DNA from: Craspedostauros australis
Lineage: Eukaryota
Direction: 5' to 3'
Assembly: GCA_030167865.1 (NCBI GenBank)
Contig: JALAGF010001672.1
Span: 1-60,268, forward strand
DNA: 60,268 nt
Made by a program: the position numbers and the translations under genes. This document shows positions 34,257-43,762 of this stretch, in pieces (positions within the stretch are counted from its first letter, which is position 1; each line of letters starts with the position of its first letter). Below the pieces are notes generated by a model. That model saw nothing but the letters and a program-made list of their open reading frames with translations. It did no database searches and was not told where the DNA came from.

Positions 34257-35882
34257 ATGGCACGCACCTTCCTCGCAAGCCCGCTCACCATCCGCAAGGG
34301 TGTCCGCAACCACAAGCAGACGCAGACAGCTGCTGCAGCATCGAACACCACTAATAGCAACAACAACCATGGCAGACGGAGAAGCAGCACCAGCAGCTGC
34401 GCCAGCGATGCCTCCAGCAAGGCAGCAGATCTCGCACATCAGCTGAATCAAGCGCGCAGGATTCTGAAGACCAACCAGAACCGCCTGCTGCATGCCTGCG
34501 TCAGGCGCCATTGGAAGCTCATCGTCGAGACGTGCGCTATGTACGCCAGCGTGGTGGTGGAGATGGCTGCCATCGGCCATCGCGATGGCAGCAATGACCT
34601 CCTGCCTCTCATGCGCAAGCAGCTGCGTCACGTGGATCCGTGGGGCAACACGGCCCTCCACATCGCCTTGTACGAGAAGCCGCCGCTTTCGGTCGTTCGC
34701 GCCATTCTGGATCTGGAGCTGTTGCTTCAAGATGCCGCTCCAACTGCCACCACTAGTCCATCGGCAGGCAACAACAAGGACGACGCCCCACACGCCCTCC
34801 TGATCTGCAACTCGCGCGGACAGACGCCGCTGCACGTCGCCTGCGCCAACGGATGCTCCACGGCCGTCCTGCAGGTGCTGGTCGATGCCAACACCTACTC
34901 GCACGTGGCCACGCAGGCCATGTTCCTGCCGGATCACACGGGATACACCATCCTCGATGTTCTGCTGCATCACTACGAGATGTGGCTGCACGTGCCGACC
35001 GTTCGCGAGTACAATCCCAAGGTGGAGCACTTCACTGCGGAACGCATGCTGGTGGATGCAACCGTCGTCGATGGCCATGCTCCTACCGACGACCCAGACC
35101 AGCAGGATATCAGCCACAGCAGCACCATCGACGACTATGATGGCACGTACTACTGCGATGGAGACGACGACGATGACGTCGCTGGCCTTTACCTCCGATT
35201 TTGGAATTCCATCGACCTGCTCCTGCAAGCGGCCTGGTGGTCGTCGCCGCTCGAAGATCATCACGATCGCCAGCACCACGAGCACCATCACGCGCAGCGG
35301 TCCTCGCTGCCGAGTCTCCTGCACGCCGCGGCGTACTGCTCCACCATCATTCCATCCAAGGTCGCCGACGCCTTGTTCCGCGTGGTGCAGATGGAGGAGA
35401 AACGCTACACGCCCTTGGACGTCATGGTTTCCACCCCCATGCCCCAATCCACCTCGCACGATCACATCCTTCTGCAGAATCGGAGATACTTCATGGAGGA
35501 ATGTGCACGCCGGTACAACCTGGACAAAGACGACAATGATGCGACTGCCTCCTCCCTCTTGCACCAAGCCATGGCGTCCGGATACCTCTGGAACGAACAT
35601 CCCCTCACCGAACAAATTCAAACCGAACAAATTCAAACCGAACAACAACAGGACACCAACGCACCCTTCCGCTACCGATCGCCCAGCGCCTTGTCCATCC
35701 TGTGGCAACACGTATCCGGCAAGGCAGCTCCATTCGCCATGCACGACGCACGCACGGGATTGTATCCCTTCCAGCTTGCCGCCATCGCGTCTGATTTCGC
35801 CGTTCACAATGACGTCAACGCTCTCGATACAATTTACCAACTCCTTCGTCTCAATCCGCACGCTGTCAGCGATCAGCTCTAG
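34257..35882 (+). CDS. Diatom-type ankyrin-repeat protein
   Basis: 541-aa ORF. Ankyrin motifs DPWGNTALHIAL, NSRGQTPLHVAC and DHTGYTILDVL. Family-typical C-terminus DARTGLYPFQLAA...LDTIYQLLRLNP. Confidence 0.85.
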   Translation: MARTFLASPLTIRKGVRNHKQTQTAAAASNTTNSNNNHGRRRSSTSSCASDASSKAADLAHQLNQARRILKTNQNRLLHACVRRHWKLIVETCAMYASVVVEMAAIGHRDGSNDLLPLMRKQLRHVDPWGNTALHIALYEKPPLSVVRAILDLELLLQDAAPTATTSPSAGNNKDDAPHALLICNSRGQTPLHVACANGCSTAVLQVLVDANTYSHVATQAMFLPDHTGYTILDVLLHHYEMWLHVPTVREYNPKVEHFTAERMLVDATVVDGHAPTDDPDQQDISHSSTIDDYDGTYYCDGDDDDDVAGLYLRFWNSIDLLLQAAWWSSPLEDHHDRQHHEHHHAQRSSLPSLLHAAAYCSTIIPSKVADALFRVVQMEEKRYTPLDVMVSTPMPQSTSHDHILLQNRRYFMEECARRYNLDKDDNDATASSLLHQAMASGYLWNEHPLTEQIQTEQIQTEQQQDTNAPFRYRSPSALSILWQHVSGKAAPFAMHDARTGLYPFQLAAIASDFAVHNDVNALDTIYQLLRLNPHAVSDQL

Positions 35883-36054
35883 ATGCACAGCATTTTGAAC
35901 ATAAACCAATTTTAACTCTCTCTACCAAACATCCCTTGCACTCTGCCATACCACAACTACATTACCAACCAGTACGGATTGCAATGACCCTACTTTACTT
36001 CAATTCGCTTCACTCAATACTCGTAGCTACTGTGCCACTGCTCCTCCATTATTC

Positions 36055-39000
36055 TTACTGGAATTCATTCGTAAAAGTGATGACCTTGCCGATACCGCGC
36101 GGCATGTCATCGCGCAGCTGCTTGCCCCAGTTCTCGCCCAGGTTGGCGAGGAAGCTGTGCATCATCTTGTCCGCCATCATGCGGCGCTCGTCCATGCGGA
36201 ACACGCTCAGCGTCACGTGGTCGCGTCCATCCCACACGGCCACGAAGTCGCTGTCCTCGCACCGGGCGATCACCATGCTGCCGTCGCCAAACTCGTTGTG
36301 CACCGACGTCGCGATGACGTTCATGCGGAAGCGCTCCAGGATGCTCAGCAGCATCGTCTCCATGTTCGGGCTGTCGTCACCGCCGCTGCGGCCGAACTGG
36401 AAGATGGAGTGGCGGCCGAACGCCCTCTGCTCGATCTGCTGCTGCTTGGCGGCCTCCAGGTTGTAATCGGCCTGGCTGAACTTCACGGGGCTGTAGTCGC
36501 TCTTGTACTCCAGCGTTCCACCTTGGATGACGGATGGGTACACGATCAGATCCGTTCCGGTCTCCAGCACGGCACGTTCCATGGCGCGGACGCCATCGAA
36601 GGCCTCCTCGTGGAGAATGTCGAGGCTCAGGATGTTGAACTGGACGCCGGGGTCGGTGCGGCGTGTCGTGGTCGCCTTCGGTTGGATGAGCAGCTCCGTG
36701 CGTGTCAGCAGGTCGAGATCGATCTTGCGCCGGAGATCCTGGATGGCGTTGCGTCTCCACTCCTTGCCGTCCACGTCGATGGTGGCCAGCAGCTGGACGC
36801 TGTAGTCCTGGAAGATGTTGCGACGGAACGTCCAGAAGCTCGTGAAGATGCGGGCCATGGCGTATGGTGCGGTCCAATCCAGCACGGCGGCATCGATGAT
36901 GATCTCTTCTTCCTGGTTGGCCTTGATTTCGTCGGCCAGCTTCTTACGACATTCGTGAATCTCCATCAACGTCTCGTGATCATCCATGTTCTCGTCGTCG
37001 AATTCGTACGTCTCCAGTCCGGCGCATGTGTACACCTTGATCACCTTGCCGATGTGGTCGTTGCTCTCCAAGATGGTGGCGGCTGGGCATTCGTCGACGC
37101 CGCAAAAGACAATGGCCGTGGTATTCTTGAACGCCAGCTCATTCACCATGGTATGAAGTGCGGTTGCGATAATCTCTGGATCTTCCACGATCTCCTCAAC
37201 GGATTGCAGCTTGCGCGACGACACCGCTTCGTCCACCTTGTCGTCATCGATCGAAACATCCGATCCTGATCCCTTGGTTGCCGTGGTGGTCTCCTCATCG
37301 AATTCGAAGGTCTTGCCATCGCACTTGCGCGTGTGGTTTCTGAGATCGGGTCCGATCAGTTCGGAATCCTCCTCCCACGAATGGCTGCCGTACATTCCAG
37401 AAACGACGACGCGGAAGGATGAGGCGCTGCTCTTGTGACCCACCATCTTGCCGCTGCCCAAGGCCTTCACGAGCGCAGCACGCGTGGTCTCCATGCGCTC
37501 GAAACGCCCCCACAGGTAGATGTCCATGGCGACGTAGTTGTGCTCCGGCCAGCGGCGCGCCATGACGTAGCCCTCGGCCATGGCGACGGTGATCTGGAAG
37601 ACATCACCAGAATTGTTCTCGGAATAGATCGAGGTGAATTCGAGTTCCTTCAAGGTCGTCGTGATGGCCTGCTCGACATCCTCCATGGGGAGCGTGCAGT
37701 TCTCTGCCTCGATGACCATGAGCATACCTTCACTCTTGCCGCTGCGAGGTCTATCGGCCTTCTTGAGACTGTCCTCGATGGCCATGTTGAGCTTGGCGCA
37801 GGATCCATCGAGGTTGGGGTCGCTGTTCTTGTAGTCACGCCACAGGTAGTACGGTCCGCCAGGGTACTCGCCGACGTCCGGCAGCAGCAGGTTCTCGACC
37901 TTGTGATCTGTGAGGTCGTCCTGTCGGAAAAAGTCGATGTGGTTGCTGCCGAGGATCATGGATTGATCGCAGATCATGGGGCAGTGATAGTAGAAGGCGT
38001 CGATGGCGTAGTCGAAAACCTTGGACATCTGCGTGAAGTACGGTTCGTTCTTGACCATGATTCCATCCGGCTTGACGAGCAGGGCCATGGCATCCAGGAT
38101 GTCGATGTGATCCGTGACGGTCAGACTGGTCGCTGTTTCGGAAACGTCCACCATTACGTAGTCGAAGGAGTTGGCGTACTCCTTGGGAAGCAGCACGAGG
38201 GACTTGGTGGCATCTCCGAACCACCATTCCACGCGTTCGTCGTCGAAGTTTGGCGAGGTGTGGAAGTAGCGGAAGGAGTTGCGGACGACGACCTGATCGA
38301 GCTCCAGTCCCATGACGAGTTCGAGGTTGGGATACTTCAGCACCTCCTGCAGGATCATGGAATCGCCACCGCCAATGAAGGCGACGCGCTTGATGTCCTT
38401 GAGGTACCGCGCCGCGTAGTTGACGGCGTATTCGTGATAGTGAGGACGGTAGTTGTCGCAGATCTGGACGATCCCGTCCAAGTCCATGCACATGTTGTAA
38501 TCTCCGAGCTGCTCGGTCTTGACGTGCCCCGCCTTCTCCGCCGAGGTGGCCGTGCTGAAATCCTGGAAGAAGGAAATTCGCTGGTACTCCGTGTTGATGT
38601 TGATCATCTTTTCGTACTTGCTGAAGTCGAGCGTGATGGAGTTGGGACACGTGATGAATCTTGGCCGCTGCACATCCTCCTCGTTCTGGAGCTCCGGGTA
38701 CATGACCTCGAGACCGCAAGTGTCGCTGGAGCCACGGATGCAGCCCAGCATGGTCTCGTCGTCGAAGCCATCGTGTTCCGGCGGCATGCGCGTGGAGATC
38801 TCCTTGACGGCGTTGGACATGGCGACGATTCCAGCATCCACGAAGGCAACGAGGGAGTCCCATTCATGCTGGGGGATGATGGTGTCTTCGCGACGCGCTG
38901 CGCTCCACGCAGCTGGCCCTGACGCAAGCTCGTCCATGCGCATGCGCACGAGGCGGCTGAGATGCTTCTTCATGGTCATGTGCGCCTCCTCGTCGTCGCC

Positions 39001-40231
39001 ACCATCGATCCAGATGACTTTGTAGGGACTCTCGCCATCCTCGACCTCATCGTCAGAATCAAGTTCGATGTCAAAGACCAGGCTCTCGATGTCGAAATCG
39101 CTATCACGGAAGGACCAACGCTGCGGGTATTCCTCGATGAAGCCAAAATCTCTGAACAGATCTGTGATTCAAGTTGGTGGCGTTGTGTTATGTCGCGTTG
39201 CATTTGCATGAGGGAATGAGTGTATTTGGTAGAGCATGTGAGAGACGGATGCATAGAAATGGTCAGACGATGGCGGAAGCCGCTGTACAGAAGAAAAGCT
39301 CGGCCAACCCAATGCAAGACTTGGAACTTCGAATGTCGGTGGCATAACGAAAGCAAACATGGCACATCCTCAACCCACCTGGTGTTCCGTACTCGTCTTC
39401 ACGAGAGCAGCTGGGACAATCGACGTATGAGATGAAGAGCTGGTCTCCCGGACTGATATCCTTGGTTGCGTAGAGTTCGTAGCCGACACCCTTCTTGAGC
39501 TTGGCCTTGACGTTGGTGCCCGCGCCATCATGGTGGTTGTACAGGTCGTAAATCGGAACCAAAGCATCGAAATCAGCACGCGAGACCATGTGCATCGCGG
39601 CCAGGACTTCCGTGTAGGAGGTGCCGCCGCCGCAACCCTCCATCCAGTCGGTGGTGATCCAATGGTAGAGCTCGACTGGTGGCAGGACGACGAACCGCGT
39701 GGTTCCCAACTGAATGGCCCCCATGAGATCGTGCGCGAGATCGCTGAAGAGGGAAGGCAGCTGGGGCATCGGGGTGGCCTTGAGGAAGTCGATGAAGGGG
39801 GCCAATTTGGACTCCTCCTGCGAGTTGAACTCCTCAATGAGCTTGTACGTCGCAACGCACGGGATGTCACCATGGAATCTCTGTCCTCCCTCACCCACGT
39901 TGTTGATGACAGCATCCAGCGGGATCTTCGCCAGCAGCTCTCCCTCGTCGAGCTCGGCCTTGGCGAAGACGCCCAGCCCTGCGACATCGCTGCTTGCGTG
40001 GAACGAGGTGGACCCGACCTCCTGAATCATCTGATCTGCGTTGAAGTAGCCGTTGGGCATGGCGTTGACCCAGTCGGCAACTGCCTTGGCCTTCTCGACG
40101 CGCTCCGAGTGCGGCAGGGCGTGGCTTGGATCCAGCTTCGTCTCCTCCGCGGCCACACTTCCTGCGGTTGCTGCGCACGCAACCACGGCCAAGGCCCATG
40201 CCGCAAGCAGCAGGTGGTTTGGCTTCCTCAT
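36055..40231 (-). CDS. Secretory multidomain fusion: signal peptide, SET methyltransferase, spermidine/spermine synthase (aminopropyltransferase), degenerate AdoMetDC-like domain(s); putative long-chain polyamine synthase; 2 exons, ~1319 aa
   Basis: Exon 1 is 40231-39379 (alternative ATG 40273), the intron is 39378-39162 (GTGGGT...CACAG) and exon 2 is 39161-36055. Splicing gives YGTP|DLFRDFGFIEEYPQRWSF and joins the 336-aa and 974-aa ORFs with no stop. Signal: MRKPNHLLLAAWALAVVACAATA. SET: GLGVFAK, LVPIYDLYNH, GDQLFISY. Aminopropyltransferase: EYQRISFF, DLDGIVQ, YHE, RVAFIGGGDS, ELDQVV, GDA, FDYVMVD. AdoMetDC-like: EGYVMARRWPEHNYVAMDIYLWG. Confidence 0.9.
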
Positions 40232-43200
40232 CTTTGTTCTCGTACTTGTCTTCGTACTTGTCCTCGTGCTCATACTTCTCGTAGCTCGAAAGAGTCGCCG
40301 ATGTTGTTATTATGATCCTCACAACTGATCTCTATGCGGTCTCTGTGTCGGTGTTCTTTGGGATACGAGTCGAGTGCGAAGTTGCTGGACTCCCACCCAG
40401 TTGCATTGTTGGTGGCGGAAATCATGTAACGACTCAATGCGTGCGAAAGATTTGTGGAAGATTTGGGCTGTTGGAGCCGCTCAGAGTGTCTCACACATGT
40501 TATTTCTCTTTTGTGTCATGGGGCACCGTATTTACAGACCCATGTGATGTTAACTGCCAAACGTCAAAATACCAGCACGAGCACCTCGTTCCAACGGTCA
40601 CAATTCAACGGCTACATTGGCGCACCAAGAGAACCAGAGGTGATCGATGACGAGAGTTGGCTCTGTCCCTCCCCTCCCTCCACTCTCTGCTTGTACCACA
40701 CATCTGTAGAGATACTTCACTCCAGGTAGATCATGGGCAATCCTTCCAGACTACTATTATTCTACATCACAGAGAAGAGCAGAGGATGCCACTATGGCAT
40801 TCGAAGGGATGTTCGTGGAAGCAAAGATTGCTATTACACCGAATGGTGTGGCGGGGATCGTCAATGCTGCCCACGAAACGGCACGCTCTCACTATGGCAA
40901 CAAATTGGGGAAAGTCTTCCGCACATCATGCTCCGTCTCCAATTCTCTGGGGAGGACTTTGGAAAATGGATAGGGAGGCATGCGCTGGTGCTATTTGCAA
41001 TGGGATTTGGTCTTGGCAAATTAGAACCGATCCAAACTAATCCCACAACTGCGGTTCCATCCATCCATTCATTCATTCATTTTATTCGTTGAATCAGTTG
41101 TCTGTTCCTGCACCCCCATCATCGTGCTCGCAGATGAGTAGCTTTGACTCTACTTGCGTGGTCATTGATCCTGCAGTACATGCTAACCAAGCCTTGAAGC
41201 TATCGTGCAACCTAACCTCTCCCTCCCAGTGATGTGCTATGCACGATACCAATCCCGCAAACATGGGAACTCTCATCGCGCTGGTGACCACAAACACCGC
41301 ATGCCATCCTTTGCACATTGGAAACTTGGGTGCTCTCTATCTATCTATCCATCCATCCATCCATCCATCCATGCACGCATCAAAATACAGCCAACACGCT
41401 GGAACCAGCTGGTGCTGTGATCCTCACAAAATGAAGACGGCAATTCATTTAACCACTCCTCCAGAGGATCACCTTGTCCATCACGTCCAGAAATGCAGAG
41501 AACACATGCGAAATGATGTGACGGACCACCATGACACGTTCGCTCCAACCGATCCAAACTCCATCGCACGAGCACGATCATTCGCACTGCTCTACTGACG
41601 TTGCTCTGTCTTCCTCTCTGCCAATCCCGTGGCACGATCACCATCGCAAGCATGCCTTCGCTGCGATCGAATGTTTGGCGAATGTACCATACAATGCACG
41701 CGAATGTAGATGCGAATGAACGGATGCTGTCCCTTCGAGGTTGTGTCACTGGATTCCAGTACGAGTAGCTCGCGGAGCAGCGGAATGATCACTGCTGCGG
41801 AATGAGCAACGACCTATTCTGTGCGTGAAGCATCATGGACGAACCACAAACATGAGAGGAGCGCGGAATGTACATACTCGTGGAAGAGCATCGATCAGAT
41901 CAGTGTCCACCGTCTTCCTCTGAGGACCATCAGTGGCATGGAGTTAGAGCGCATACTCTATGGATAACAGCAGCAGCAGGAACAACATCGCCCAACAGAG
42001 TTGAGCGGCATCTTGTGGGCCGGTGTCTGCGGTTCCAATGTCGTACGATCTATTATGCCAAACCGCACCTCCATTTTGCGGCAGCTCCTGTGGCCTTCTT
42101 CTGCAACAAAAAGTGAAGCACGCATCACGTCTGCAAACTTCCAATGTTCGTCTGTGTTCTGATTCGTTGGTCTTGTTGATCTTGTAGTTGGGTCTTGAGC
42201 AAGAAGAGTCCCTGTGCCAAACCTCAAGAATTGACAAAACAGTTTCTCTCGGAGATATTTCGTTGGGATAGCCCGTTTCGAATGACACACCAGAGAGGCC
42301 TTGACGGACGATGAGAAAACGGACAGCGGCACGAGGATCGTCCGAAAGAGGTCATTGTTGTAGTGAGCGGACATGTCGCGCGGAAAGAGTATGTCTGGCC
42401 CTACGAAGCCTGGTTCTGGTTGTGGTCATCCACTGGCATACTCGAAGCATCTGACCAATCAACGTGATCTAATTTTGTAGGGCCTTGTCCAAGCGATGTC
42501 GCATCGACGTGGTGGATGAGTTTGACCTGTAGATACGATTGCGCGTTGTGTCCTTTTGTGCCTGGTGTTGGATGGGAGGCATCTGCGTTTTTGCGCCCAA
42601 GTTGTTGCGCGAGCGCAGCCGCGTTGGCGTAGTACCCGAGACCGCTTTGCCTCTTGTGTTGTGTGTGCGTGTGTTTGGGGGAGTCGTACTACTCGTCGCG
42701 ACAGTAGCGGCCACGAACGCTCGATTGTTTGCATCACCATTGGACGAGGCAGCAACGAGTACCAGTGCGCTGTTTGTTTTCACGTTGTTTCGTAGTACTG
42801 ATGAAGAGAGAGAGGCAAAACGCCCGAAAAAGCAGCAGCAGCAAGAACAGCGCCAAAGCAGCATGAACAGCAGCAAGGAGCAGAGGCAGCACAAAGGGAC
42901 GCTGGCCGCAGTCACTTGCGCATCCTTTCCAGAGAGAGAGAAGTCACCATCTGCGCCGCTCACCCACCAGACCAGGCCTGCCATCAACACCCGACCAACC
43001 CCAACCACAAAGACATCAACAAAGCAACAAGCCGACAAGCAAAGACATCAACAAACGAGGAGGCAATCAAATCAATCAAGCCAATCAAGCCATCGTTGGG
43101 CGAAGGGAAGGACCTGAGTGCTTGCAACGCTGTCGTGGAGATCCGCATTCAGAGAGAGGGAGAGAGAGACATCTTGGCGAGACGCAACCAAAAGACCGCC

Positions 43201-43762
43201 AAGACAAAGAGGCACGACCAGACCAACCAACGCTCCTTTCTCCTTGTTCCTGTCTGACTGGCATCGCTGGCAAACGGCAACGACTTTGAGTGCCCTGTTC
43301 TGCAATCGGTAGTTGACAACAGCGGCATCAGCTTCGACACCAACACCAGCGGCATCAGCTTCGGCATCAGTCGTGGTCGTGGTTTTTCGCCGGTGGAAGC
43401 GTGTCTCATTCTCCCTGTCGCGGTGCCAGCGCAAACACCACCATCCTGGCGAAGTCCGGTTCCTGGTGCATCGCATAGCACAGCATAGCCCGCACCAAGC
43501 CTTGCTGGTGTTGGTACCACCGCTACACACTACACTTGATCGCACACACCAAGCATCAGCAACCAAGAAACCAAGCAGACGGTCAGTCACATAAGACCAA
43601 GTGATCTACCAATACCAATACCAATACCATAACTATACTCAGCGAACGACCAGAGCCAGCATAATACAACACAACACAGCATAACGCAACACAGCATCAC
43701 TCAACTCAACACAACACAACACAACCCACAAGTCGCCAGCCATCAGCTGCAAGCCACAACAG

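Noticed and set aside
34212-35909. 565-aa minus-strand ORF
   Set aside because: Antisense shadow of the ankyrin gene, with no recognisable motifs.
36157-38922. Long plus-strand ORFs (370 aa and 495 aa)
   Set aside because: Antisense to the SET-aminopropyltransferase fusion and explained by its codon bias.
40690-43117. Short ORFs (including a Q-rich 192-aa ORF) between the fusion gene and MORN paralogue A
   Set aside because: Low-complexity or motif-free, mostly non-ATG starts, and consistent with intergenic or UTR sequence.
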